Origin: Eledone cirrhosa
Taxonomy: Eukaryota
Length of the DNA stretch: 64,000 nt
Direction: 5' to 3'
Assembly: GCA_964016885.1 (NCBI GenBank)
Contig: OZ024743.1
Location: 133,424,001-133,488,000, forward strand
Below, one piece after another: positions 37,694 through 49,747 of this stretch. How positions within the stretch are numbered: position 1 is the first letter of the stretch; the number at the start of each line of letters is the position of its first letter. Below the pieces are notes generated by a model. The model ran no database searches and was not told the origin of the DNA. It was given only the letters and a program-made list of their open reading frames with translations. The position numbers and the translations under genes were made by a program.

Positions 37694-39870
37694 TTGGTGT
37701 TTGGTGTTTTGTGCTTGGTGCTTGGTGTTTGTTGATTGCTGCTTGGTGCTTGGTGTTTGGTGCTTGGTGCTTGGTGACTAGTGTTTGGTGATTGGTGCTT
37801 GGGGTTTGCTGTTTGGTGCTTGGTGTTTGGTGCTTGGTGCTTGCTGTTTGGTGTTCGGTGTTTGGTTCTTGGTGCTTGGTGTTTGGTGTTTGGTGTTTGG
37901 TGCTTGGTGCTTGGTGTTTGGTGCTTGGTGCTTGGTGCTTGGTGTTTGGTGCTGCGTGCTTGGTGTTTGGTGTTTGGTGCTTGGTGCCTGGTGCTTGTTG
38001 TTTGGTGCTTAGTGCTTGGTGTTTGGTGTTTGGTGCTTGGTGCTTGGTGGCTGGTGCTTGGTGCTTGGTGTTTGGAGTTTGGTGCTTGGTGCTTGGTGCC
38101 TGGTGTTTCGTGCTTGGTGCTTGGTGTTTGGTGTTTGGTGCTTGGTGTTTGGTGTTTGGTACTTGGTGCTTGGTGCTTGGTGCTTGGTGTTTGGTGCTTG
38201 GTGTTTGATGCTGCGTGCTTGGTGTTTGGTGTTTGGTGCTTGGTGCTTGGTGTTTGGTGTTTGGAGCTTGGTGCCTGCTGCTTGTTGTTTGGTGTTTGGT
38301 GCTTGGTGCTTGGTGCTTGGTATCTGGTGTTTGGTGCTTGATGTCTGGTGTTTGGTGCTTGGTGCTTGGTGCTTGGTGTTTGGTGTTTGGTGCTTGGTGC
38401 TTGGTGTTTGGTGCTTGGTGTTTGGTGTTTGGTGTTTGATGCTTGGTGTTTGCTGCTTGGTGCTTGGTGCTTGGTGTTTTGTGTTTGGTGCTTGGTGCTT
38501 GGTGCCTGGTGCTTGTTGCTTGGTGCTTGTTGATTGGTGCTTGGTGCTTGGTGATTAGTGTTTGGTGCTTGGTGCGTGCGGTTTGATGTTTGGTGCTTGG
38601 GGTTTGGTGTTTGGTGCTTGGTGCTTGGTGTTTGGTGCTTGGTGCTTGGTGGTTGGTGCTTGGTGCTTGGTGTTTGGTGCTTGGTGCTTGGTGTTTGGTG
38701 CTTGGTGTTTGGTGCTTGGTGCTTGGTGTTTGTTGTTTGGTGTTTTGTGCTTGGTGCTTGGTGTTTGGTGCTTGGTGCTTGGTGCTGTGTGTTTGGTGCT
38801 TGGTGCTTGGTGTTTGGTGCTTGGTGCTTGGTGCTTGGTGTTTGCTCCTTGGTGTTTGGTGTTTGGTGTTTTGTGCTTGGTGCTTGGTGTTTGTTGATTG
38901 CTGCTTGGTGCTTGGTGTTTGGTGCTTGGTGCTTGGTGACTAGTGTTTGGTGATTGGTGCTTGGGGTTTGCTGTTTGGTGCTTGGTGTTTGGTGCTTGGT
39001 GCTTGCTGTTTGGTGTTCGGTGTTTGGTTCTTGGTGCTTGGTGTTTGGTGTTTGGTGTTTGGTGCTTGGTGCTTGGTGTTTGGTGCTTGGTGCTTGGTGC
39101 TTGGTGTTTGGTGCTGCGTGCTTGGTGTTTGGTGTTTGGTGCTTGGTGCCTGGTGCTTGTTGTTTGGTGCTTAGTGCTTGGTGTTTGGTGTTTGGTGCTT
39201 GGTGCTTGGTGGCTGGTGCTTGGTGCTTGGTGTTTGGAGTTTGGTGCTTGGTGCTTGGTGCCTGGTGTTTCGTGCTTGGTGCTTGGTGTTTGGTGTTTGG
39301 TGCTTGGTGTTTGGTGTTTGGTACTTGGTGCTTGGTGCTTGGTGCTTGGTGTTTGGTGCTTGGTGTTTGATGCTGCGTGCTTGGTGTTTGGTGTTTGGTG
39401 CTTGGTGCTTGGTGTTTGGTGTTTGGAGCTTGGTGCCTGCTGCTTGTTGTTTGGTGTTTGGTGCTTGGTGCTTGGTGCTTGGTATCTGGTGTTTGGTGCT
39501 TGATGTCTGGTGTTTGGTGCTTGGTGCTTGGTGCTTGGTGTTTGGTGTTTGGTGCTTGGTGCTTGGTGTTTGGTGCTTGGTGTTTGGTGTTTGGTGTTTG
39601 ATGCTTGGTGTTTGCTGCTTGGTGCTTGGTGCTTGGTGTTTTGTGTTTGGTGCTTGGTGCTTGGTGCCTGGTGCTTGTTGCTTGGTGCTTGTTGATTGGT
39701 GCTTGGTGCTTGGTGATTAGTGTTTGGTGCTTGGTGCGTGCGGTTTGATGTTTGGTGCTTGGGGTTTGGTGTTTGGTGCTTGGTGCTTGGTGTTTGGTGC
39801 TTGGTGCTTGGTGGTTGGTGCTTGGTGCTTGGTGTTTGGTGCTTGGTGCTTGGTGTTTGGTGCTTGGTGT
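37547..39870 (+). repeat. Essentially perfect 1162-bp (166-monomer) tandem duplication: 37547-38708 and 38709-39870
   Basis: Identical ORF translations at offset 1162 (37781/38943, 37792/38954, 38016/39178, 38348/39510). TTGTTGT at 37568/38730 and TTGCTCC at 37680/38842. Confidence 0.93.
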
Positions 39871-42800
39871 TTGGTGCTTGGTGCTTGGTGCTTGGTGCTT
39901 GGTGTTAGGTGTTTGGTGCTTGGTGCTTGGTGTTTGATGTTTGGTCCTTGGTGCTTGGTGTTTGGTGTTTGTTGCTTGGTGCTTGGTGTTTGGTGTTTGG
40001 TGCTTGCTGCTTGCTGCTTGGTGTTTGGTGCTTGGTGATTGGTGCTTGGTGTTTTGTGCTTGGTGCTTGGTGTTTGGTGTTTGGTGCTAGGGGCTTGGTG
40101 CTTCGTGCTTGGTGTTTGGTGCTTGGTGCTTGCTGTTTGGTGTTTGGTGCTTGGTGCGTGGGACTTAGTGTTTGGTGTTTGGTGCTTGGTGTTTGGTGCT
40201 TGGTGTTTGGTGCTTGGTGTTTGGGGCTTAGTGTTCGGTGCTTGGTGCATGGTGCTTGGGGCTTGGTGTTTGGTGTTTGGTGCTTGGTGCTTGGTGTTTG
40301 ATGTTGGGTCCTTGGTGCTTGGTGTTTGGTGTTTGGTGCTTGGTGTTTGGTGTTTGGTGCTTGGTGCTTGGTGTTTCGTGTTTGGTGCTTGGTGCATGGG
40401 GCTTGGTGTTTGGTGCTTGGTGCTTGGTGTTTGGTGCTTCTGCTTGGGGCTTGGTAGTTGGTGCTTGGTGCCTGGTGTTTGGTGTTTGGTGTTTGGTGCT
40501 TGGTGTATGGTGCTTGGTGCTTGGTGCTGGGTGGTTGGTGTTTGGTGCTTGGTGGTTGGTGTTTGGTGCTTGGTGCTTGGTGCTTGTTGTTTGGTGCTTG
40601 GTGCTTGGTGCTTGGTCTTTGGTGCATGGTGTTTGGTGTTTGGCGCTTGGTGCTTGGTGCTTCGTGATTGGTGCTTGGGGTTTGGTGGTTGGTGCTTGGT
40701 GCTTGGTGTTTGGTGTTTGGTGTTTGGTGTTTGGTGTTTGCTGTTTGGTGTCTGCTTTTTGGTGTTTGGTGTTTGCTGTATGGTGTTTGCTGTTTCGTAT
40801 TTGGTTTTTGCTGTTTGGTGTTTGGTGTTTGCTGTTTGGTGTTCGGTGTTTGGTGTTTGGTGCTTGGTGCTTGGTGCTTGGTGTTTGGCGTTTGGTGCTT
40901 GGTGCTTGGTGTTTGGTGCTTCGTGCTTGGTGTTTGGTGTTTGGTGCTTGGTGCCTGGTGCTTGTTGTATGGTGTTTGGTGCTTGGTGCTTGGTGTTTGG
41001 TGTTTGTGTTTTGATGTTTGGTGCTTGGTGTTTTGTGTTTGGTGATTGGTGCTTGGTGCCTGGTGCTTGGTGCTTGGTGCTTGTTGTTTGGTGCTTGGTG
41101 CTTGGTGATTAGTGTTTGGTGCTTGGTGCTTGCGGTTTGGTGTTTGGTGCTTGGGGTTTGGTGCTTGGTGCTTGGTGCTTGGTGTTTGGTGCTTGGTGCT
41201 TGGTGTTTGGTGCTTGGTGCTTGGTGTTTGGTGTTTGGCGTTTGCTGTTTGCTGTTTGCTGTTTGGTGCTTGCTGTTTCGTGCTTGGTGCTTGGTGTTTG
41301 GTGTTTGGTGATTTGTGCTTGGTGCTTGGTGATTGGTGCTTGGTGCTTGGTGCTGTGTGTTTGGTGCTTGGTGCTTGGTGTTTGGTGCTTGGTGCTTGGT
41401 GCTTGGTGTTTGCTCCTTGGTGCTTGGTGCTTGGTCTTTGGTGCTTGGGTTTTGGTGTTTGGTGCATGGTGCTTGGTGTTTGGTGCTTGGTTCTTGGTGC
41501 TTGGTGCTTGGTGTTTGGTGATTGCTGCTTGGTGCTTGGTGTTTGGTGCTTGGTGCTTGGTGATTAGTGTTTGGTGATTGGTGCTTGGGGTTTGCTGTTT
41601 GGTGCTTGGTGTTTGGTGCTTGGTGCTTGCTGTTTGGTGTTTGGTGTTTGGTTCTTGGTGCTTGATGTTTGGTGTTTGGTGTCTGGTGCTTGGTGCTTGG
41701 TGCTTGGTGTTTGGTGCTTGGTGCTTGGTGCTTGGTGTTTGGTGCTGCGTGCTTGGTGTTTGGTGCTTGGTGCTTGGTGATTAGTGTTTGGTGCTTTGTG
41801 TTTGGTGCTTGGTGTTTGGTGCTTGGTGCTTGGTGCTTAGTGCTTGGTGTTAGGTGTTTGGTGCTTGGTGATTGGTGTTTGATGTTAGGTTCTTGGTGCT
41901 TGGTGTTTGGTGTTTGGTGCTTGGTGCTTGGTGTTTGGTGTTTGGTGCTTGGTGCTTGGTGCTTGGTGCTTGGTGTTAGGTGTTTGGTGCTTGGTGCTTG
42001 GTGTTTGGTGCTTGGTGCTTTGTGTTTGGTGCTTGGTGTTTGGTGCTTGGTGCTTGGTGCTTGGTGCTTGGTGTAGAGGTGTTTGGTGTTTGGTGATTGG
42101 TGTTTGATGTTAGGTTCTTGGTGCTTGGTGTTTGGTGTTTGGTGCTTGGTGCTTGGTATTTGGTGTTTGGTGCTTGGTGCTTGGTGCTTGGTGCTTGGTG
42201 TTTGGTGTTTGGTGTTTGATGCTTGGTGTTTGCTGCTTGGTGCTTGGTGCTTGGTGTTTTGTGTTTGGTGTTTGATGCTGCGTGCTTGGTGTTTGGTGTT
42301 TGGTGCTTGGTGCTTGGTGTTTGGTGTTTGGAGCTTGGTGCCTGGTGCTTGTTGTTTGGTGTTTGGCGCTTGGTGCTTGGTGTTTGGTTTTTGGTGCTTG
42401 GTGCTTGGTGCTTGGTATCTGGTGTTAGGTGCTTGATGTTTGGTGTTTGGTGCTTAGTGTTTGGTGTTTGGTGCATGGTGCTTGGTGTTTGGTGCTTGGT
42501 GTTTGGTGTTTGGTGTTTGATGCTTGGTGTTTGCTGCTGGCTGCTTGCTGCTTGGTGTTTGGTGCTAGGGGCTTGGTGCTTGGTGCTTGGTGTTTGGTGC
42601 TTGGTGCTTGGTGCCTGGTGCTTGGTGCTTGGTGCTTGTTGTTTGGTGCTTGGTGCTTGGTGATTAGTGTTTGGTGCTTGGTGCTTGAGGTTTGGTGTTT
42701 GGTGCTTGGGGTTTGGTGTTTGGTGCTTGGTGCTTGGTGTTTGGTGCTTGGTGCTTGGTGCTTGGTGTTTGGTGCTTGGTGCTTGGTGTTTGGTGCTTGG

Positions 42801-44457
42801 TGCTTGGTGTTTGGTGTTTGGCGTTTGCTGTTTGCTGTTTTGTGCTTGGTGCTTGGGGTTTGGTGTTTGGTGCTTGGTGCTTGGTGTTTGGTGCTTGGTG
42901 CTTGGTGCTGGGTGTTTGGTGCTTGGTGCTTGGTGTTTGGTGCTTGGTGCTTGGTGCTTGGTGTTTGGTCCTTGGTGCTTGGTGCTTGGTCTTTGGTGCT
43001 TGGGGTTTGGTGTTTGGTGCTTGGTGCTTGGTGTTTGGTGCTTGGTTCTTGGTGCTTGGTGCTTGGTGTTTGGTGATTGCTGCTTGGTGCTTGGTGTTTG
43101 GTGCTTGGTGCTTGGTGCTTGGTGTTTGGTCCTTGGTGCTTGGTGCTTGGTCTTTGGTGCTTGGGGTTTGCTGTTAGGTGCTTGGTGTTTGGTGCTTGGT
43201 GCTTGCTGTTTGGTGTTTGTTGTTTGGTTCTTGGTGCTTGGTGTTTGGTGTTTGGTGTTTGGTGCTTGGTGCTTGGTGTTTGGTGCTTGGTGCTTGGTGC
43301 TTGGTGTTTGGTGCTGCGTGCTTGGTGTTTGGTGTTTGGTGCTTGGTGCCTGGTGCTTGTTGTTTGGTGCTTAGTGCTTGGTGTTTGGTGTTTGGTGCTT
43401 GGTGCTTGGTGGCTGGTGCTTGGTGCTTGGTGTTTGGAGTTTGGTGCTTGGTGCTTGGTGCCTGGTGTTTCGTGCTTGGTGCTTGGTGCTTGGTGTTTGG
43501 TGTTTGGTGCTTGGTGTTTGGTGTTTGGTACTTGGTGCTTGGTGCTTGGTGCTTGGTGTTTGGTGCTTGGTGTTTGATGCTGCGTGCTTGGTGTTTGGTG
43601 TTTGGTGCTTGGTGCTTGGTGTTTGGTGTTTGGAGCTTGGTGCCTGCTGCTTGTTGTTTGGTGTTTGGTGCTTGGTGCTTGGTGCTTGGTATCTGGTGTT
43701 TGGTGCTTGATGTCTGGTGTTTGGTGCTTGGTGCTTGGTGCTTGGTGTTTGGTGTTTGGTGGTTGGTGCTTGGTGTTTGGTGCTTGGTGTTTGGTGTTTG
43801 GTGTTTTTGATGCTTGGTGTTTGCTGCTTGGTGCTTGGTGCTTGGTGTTTTGTGTTTGGTGCTTGGTGCTTGGTGCCTGGTGCTTGGTGCTTGGTGCTTG
43901 TTGTTTGGTGCTTGGTGCTTGGTGATTAGTGTTTGGTGCTTGGTGCTTGCGGTTTGATGTTTGGTGCTTGGGGTTTGGTGTTTGGTGCTTGGTGCTTGGT
44001 GTTTGGTGCTTGGTGCTTGGTGCTTGGTGCTTGGTGCTTGGTGTTTGGTGCTTGGTGCTTGGTGTTTGGTGCTTGGTGTTTGGTGCTTGGTGCTTGGTGC
44101 TTGGTGTTAGGTGTTTGGTGCTTGGTGCTTGGTGTTTGATGTTTGGTCCTTGGTGCTTGGTGTTTGGTGTTTGTTGCTTGGTGCTTGGTGTTTGGTGTTT
44201 GGTGCTTGCTGCTTGCTGCTTGGTGTTTGGTGCTTGGTGATTGGTGCTTGGTGTTTTGTGCTTGGTGCTTGGTGTTTGGTGTTTGGTGCTAGGGGCTTGG
44301 TGCTTGGTGCTTGGTGTTTGGTGCTTGGTGCTTGCTGTTTGGTGTTTGGTGCTTGGTGTGTGGGACTTAGTGTTTGGTGTTTGGTGCTTGGTGTTTGGTG
44401 CTTGGTGCTTGGTGTTTGGGGCTTGGTGTTCGGTGCTTGGTGCTTGGTGCTTGGGGC

Positions 44458-44790
44458 TTGGTGTTTGGTGTTTGGTGCTTTGTGTTTGGTGTTTGGTGCT
44501 TGGTGCTTGGTGTTTGGTGTTTGGTGCTTGGTGCTTGGGGCTTGGTGTTTGGTGCTTGGTGCTTGGTGTTTGGTGCTTCTGCTTGGGGCTTGGTAGTTGG
44601 TGCTTGGTGCTTGGTGCCTGGTGTTTGGTGTTTGGTGCTTTGTGTTTGGTGTTTGGTGCTTGGTGCTTGGTGTTTGGTGTTTGGTGCTTGGTGCTTGGGG
44701 CTTGGTGTTTGGTGCTTGGTGCTTGGTGTTTGGTGCTTCTGCTTGGGGCTTGGTAGTTGGTGCTTGGTGCTTGGTGCCTGGTGTTTGGTG
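44458..44790 (+). repeat. 160-bp local tandem duplication (23 monomers, one of them the 6-bp TTCTGC)
   Basis: TTCTGC-TTGGGGC-TTGGTAG at 44577 and 44737; ORF starts 44597/44757. Confidence 0.85.
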
Positions 44791-47700
44791 TTTGGTGTTT
44801 GGTGCTTGGTGTATGGTGCTTGGTGCTTGGTGCTGGGTGGTTGGTGTTTGGTGCTTGGTGCTTGGTGTTTGGTGCTTGGTGCTTGGTGCTTGTTGTTTGG
44901 TGCTTGGTGCTTGGTGCTTGGTCTTTGGTGCATGGTGTTTGGTGTTTGGCGCTTGGTGCTTGGTGCTTCGTGATTGGGGCTTGGGGTTTGGTGGTTGGTG
45001 CTTGGTGCTTGGTGTTTGGTGTTTGGTGTTTGGTGTTCGGTGTTTGCTGTCTGGTGTCTGCTTTTTGGTGTTTGGTGTTTGCTGTATGGTGTTTGCTGTT
45101 TCGTATTTGGTTTTTGCTGATTGGTGTTTGGTGTTTGCTGTTTGGTGTTTGGTGTTTGGTGTTTGGTGCTTGGTGCTTGGTGCTTGGTGTTTGGCGTTTG
45201 GTGCTTGGTGCTTGGTGTTTGGTGCTTCGTGCTTGGTGTTTGGTGTTTGGTGCTTGGTGCCTGGTGCTTGTTGTATGGTGTTTGGTGCTTGGTGCTTGGT
45301 GTTTGGTGTTTGCTGCTTGGTGTCTGGTGTTTGGTGCTTGGTGTTTGGTGTTTGGTGCTTGGTGCTTGGTGCTTGGTGTTTGGTGTTTGGTGCTTGGTGC
45401 TTGGTGTTTGGTGTTTGGTGCTGGGTGCATGGAGTTTGGTGCTTGGTGCTTAGTGCTTGGTGTTTGGTGTTTGGTGCTTGGCATTTGGTGTTTGGTGTTT
45501 GATGCTTGGTGTGTGGTGCTTGGTGCTTGGTGTTTTGTGTTTGGTGCTTGGTGCTTGGTGACTGGTGCTTGGTGCTTGGTGCTTGTTGTTTGGTGCTTGG
45601 TGCTTGGTGATTAGTGTTTGGTGCTTGGTGCTTGGTGTTTGGTGCTTGGTGTTTAGTGCTTGGTGCCTGGTGCTTGGTGTTTGGTGTTTGATGCTTGGTG
45701 TTTGGTGTTTGGTGTTTGGTACTTGGTGTTCGGTGCTTGGTGCTTGGTGCTTGGTGCTTGGTATTTGGTGTTTGGTGCTTGGTGCTTGGTGTTTGATGTT
45801 TGGTCATTGGTGCTTGGTGTTTGGTGTTGTGTGCTTGGTGCTTGGTGGTTGGTGTTTGGTGCTTGGTGCTTGGTGCTTGGTGTTTGGCGTTTCCTGTTTG
45901 CTGTTTGGTGTTTGGTGTTTGCTGTTTGGTGTTTGCTGTTTGGTGTTTGGTGTTTGGTGCTTGCTGTTTGGTGCTTGGTGCTTGGTGTATGGTGTTTGGT
46001 GCTTGGTGTTTGGTGCTTGATGCTTGGTGCCGGGTGTTTGGTGCTTGGTCCTTGGTGTTTGGTGCTTGGTGATTGGTGCTTGGTGTTTGGTCCTTGGTGC
46101 TTGGTGCATGGTCTTTGGTGCTTGGGTTTTGGTGTTTGGTGCTTGGTGCTTGGTGTTGTGTGTTTGGTGCTTGGTGCTTGGTGCTTGGTGTTTGGTGCTT
46201 GCTGCTTGGTGCTTGGTGTTTGGTGCTTGGTGCTTGGTGAGTAGTGTTTGGTGATTGGTGCTTGGGGTTTGGTGTTTGGGGCTTGGTGTTTGGTGCTTAG
46301 TGCTTGCTGTTTGGTGTTTGGTGTTTGGTTCTTGGTGCTTGGTGTTTGGTGTTTGGTGTTTGGTGCTTGGTGCTTGGTGCTTGGTGTTTGGTGCTTGGTG
46401 CTTGGTGCTTGGTGTTTGGTGCTGCGTGCTTGGTGTTTGGTGTTCGGTGCTTGGTGCCTGGTGCTTGTTGTTTGGTGTTTGGTGCTTAGTGCTTGGTGTT
46501 TGGTGTTTGGTGCTTGGTGCTTGGTGGCTGGTGTTTGGTGCTTGGTGTTTGGAGTTTGGTGCTTGGTGCTTGGTGCCTGGTGTTTCGTGCTTGGTGCTTG
46601 GTGCTTGGTGTTTGGTGTTTGGTGCTTGGTGTTTGGTGTTTGGTACTTGGTGCTTGGTGCTTGGTGCTTGGTGTTTGGTGCTTGGTATTTGATGCTGCCT
46701 GCTTGGTGTTTGGTGTTTGGTGCTTGGTGCTTGGTGTTTGGCATTTGGAGCTCGGTGCCTGGTGCTTGTTGTTTGGTGTTTGGCGCTTGGTGCTTGGTAT
46801 CTGGTGTTTGGTGCTTGATGTTTGGTGTTTGGTGCTTGGTGTTTTGTGTTTGGTGATTGGTGCTTGGTGCCTGGTGCTTGGTGCTTGGTGCTTGTTGTTT
46901 GGTGCTTGGTGCTTGGTGATTAGTGTTTGGTGCTTGGTGCTTGCGGTTTGCTGTTTGGTGCTTGGGGTTTGGTGCTTGGTGCTTGGTGCTTGGTGTTTGG
47001 TGCTTGGTGCTTGGTGTTTGGTGCTTGGTGCTTGGTGTTTGGTGTTTGGTGTTTGCTGTTTGCTGTTTGCTGTTTGGTGCTTGCTGTTTGGTGCTTGGTG
47101 CTTGGTGTTTGGTGTTTGGTGTTTGGTGCTTGGTAGCTTGGTGTTTGGTGTTTGGTGCTTGGTGCTTGGGGCTTGGTGTTTGGTGCTTGGTGCTTGGTGT
47201 TTGGTGCTTCTGCTTGGGGCTTGGTGTTTGATGTTGGGTCCTTGGTGCCTGGTGTTTGGTGTTTGGTGCTTTGTGTTTGGTGTTTGGTGCTTGGTGCTTG
47301 GTGTTTGGTGTTTGGTGCTTGGTGCTTGGGGCTTGGTGTTTGGTGCTTGGTACTTGGTGTTTGGTGCTTCTGCTTGGGGCTTGGTAGTTGGTGCTTGGTG
47401 CTTGGTGCCTGGTGTTTGGTGTTTGGTGTTTGGTGCTTGGTGTATGGTGCTTGGTGCTTGGTGCTGGGTGGTTGGTGTTTGGTGCTTGGTGCTTGGTGTT
47501 TGGTGCTTGGTGCTTGGTGCTTGTTGTTTGGTGCTTGGTGCTTGGTGCTTGGTCTTTGGTGCATGGTGTTTGGTGTTTGGCGCTTGGTGCTTGGTGCTTC
47601 GTGATTGGTGCTTGGGGTTTGGTGGTTGGTGCTTGGTGCTTGGTGTTTGGTGTTTGGTGTTTGGTGTTCGGTGTTTGCTGTTTGGTGTCTGCTTTTTGGT

Positions 47701-49747
47701 GTTTGGTGTTTGCTGTATGGTGTTTGCTGTTTCGTATTTGGTTTTTGCTGATTGGTGTTTGGTGTTTGCTGTTTGGTGTTTGGTGTTTGGTGTTTGGTGC
47801 TTGGTGCTTGGTGCTTGGTGTTTGGCGTTTGGTGCTTGGTGCTTGGTGTTTGGTGCTTCGTGCTTGGTGTTTGGTGTTTGGTGCTTGGTGCCTGGTGCTT
47901 GTTGTATGGTGTTTGGTGCTTGGTGCTTGGTGTTTGGTGTTTGCTGCTTGGTGTCTGGTGTTTGGTGTTTGGTGTTTGGTGCTTGGTGCTTGGTGCTTGG
48001 TGTTTGGTGTTTGGTGCTTGGTGCTTGGTGTTTGGTGTTTGGTGCTGGGTGCATGGAGTTTGGTGCTTGGTGCTTAGTGCTTGGTGTTTGGTGTTTGGTG
48101 CTTGGTATTTGGTGTTTGGTGTTTGATGCTTGGTGTGTGGTGCTTGGTGCTTGGTGTTTTGTGTTTGGTGCTTGGTGCTTGGTGACTGGTGCTTGGTGCT
48201 TGGTGCTTGTTGTTTGGTGCTTGGTGCTTGGTGATTAGTGTTTGGTGCTTGGTGCTTGGTATTTGGTGCTTGGTGTTTGGTGCTTGGTGCCTGGTGCTTG
48301 GTGTTTGGTGTTTGATGCTTGGTGTTTGGTGTTTGGTGTTTGGTACTTGGTGTTTTGGTGCTTGGTGCTTGGTGCTTGGTGCTTGGTGTTTGGTGTTTGG
48401 TGCTTGGTGCTTGGTGTTTGATGTTTGGTCATTGGTGCTTGGTGTTTGGTGTTGTGTGCTTGGTGCTTGGTGGTTGGTGTTTGGTGCTTGGTGCTTGGTG
48501 CTTGGTGTTTGGCGTTTCCTGTTTGCTGTTTGGTGTTTGGTGTTTGCTGTTTGGTGTTTGCTGTTTGGTGTTTGGTGTTTGGTGCTTGCTGTTTGGTGCT
48601 TGGTGCTTGGTGTATGGTGTTTGGTGCTTGGTGTTTGGTGCTTGATGCTTGGTGCTGGGTGTTTGGTGCTTGGTCCTTGGTGTTTGGTGCTTGGTGATTG
48701 GTGCTTGGTGTTTGGTCCTTGGTGCTTGGTGCATGGTCTTTGGTGCTTGGGTTTTGGTGTTTGGTGCTTGGTGCTTGGTGTTGTGTGTTTGGTGCTTGGT
48801 GCTTGGTGCTTGGTGTTTGGTGCTTGCTGCTTGGTGCTTGGTGTTTGGTGCTTGGTGCTTGGTGAGTAGTGTTTGGTGATTGGTGCTTGGGGTTTGGTGT
48901 TTGGGACTTGGTGTTTGGTGCTTAGTGCTTGCTGTTTGGTGTTTGGTGTTTGGTTCTTGGTGCTTGGTGTTTGGTGTTTGGTGTTTGGTGCTTGGTGCTT
49001 GGCGCTTGGTGTTTGGTGCTTGGTGCTTGGTGCTTGGTGTTTGGTGCTGCGTGCTTGGTGTTTGGTGTTCGGTGCTTGGTGCCTGGTGCTTGTTGTTTGG
49101 TGTTTGGTGCTTAGTGCTTGGTGTTTGGTGTTTGGTGCTTGGTGCTTGGTGGCTGGTGTTTGGTGCTTGGTGTTTGGAGTTTGGTGCTTGGTGCTTGGTG
49201 CCTGGTGTTTCGTGCTTGGTGCTTGGTGCTTGGTGTTTGGTGTTTGGTGCTTGGTGTTTGGTGTTTGGTACTTGGTGCTTGGTGCTTGGTGCTTGGTGTT
49301 TGGTGCTTGGTATTTGATGCTGCCTGCTTGGTGTTTGGTGTTTGGTGCTTGGTGCTTGGTGTTTGGCGTTTGGAGCTCGGTGCCTGGTGCTTGTTGTTTG
49401 GTGTTTGGCGCTTGGTGCTTGGTATCTGGTGTTTGGTGCTTGATGTTTGGTGTTTGGTGCTTGGTGTTTTGTGTTTGGTGATTGGTGCTTGGTGCCTGGT
49501 GCTTGGTGCTTTGTGCTTGTTGTTTGGTGCTTGGTGCTTGGTGATTAGTGTTTGGTGCTTGGTGCTTGCGGTTTGCTGTTTGGTGCTTGGGGTTTGGTGC
49601 TTGGTGCTTGGTGCTTGGTGTTTGGTGCTTGGTGCTTGGTGTTTGGTGCTTGGTGCTTGGTGTTTGGTGTTTGGTGTTTGCTGTTTGCTGTTTGCTGTTT
49701 GGTGCTTGCTGTTTGGTGCTTGGTGCTTGGTGTTTGGTGTTTGGTGT
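44611..49747 (+). repeat. ~2.63-kb near-tandem duplication: 44611-47122 and 47242-49747, separated by a ~120-bp satellite-derived junction
   Basis: ORF offsets 2631 (44757/47388, 45121/47752), 2624 (45565/48189) and 2625 (45800/48425, 46248/48873, 46923/49548). Shared rare variants include TTCCTGT, TTGCTGA and TTGGTGA-GTAGTGT. Confidence 0.9.

Noticed and set aside
42425-45484. 1019-aa minus-strand ORF (STKHQAP/NTKHQTP heptads), and similar ones at 16320-18542, 24860-26284, 31949-33478, 39905-41467, 44107-45807 and 46486-48054
   Set aside because: The - strand is nearly T-free, so stop codons are rare by composition. There is no frame preference and no non-repetitive termini. The resemblance to mucin or Pol II CTD heptads is superficial. 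Only ribosome profiling or proteomics could rescue it.
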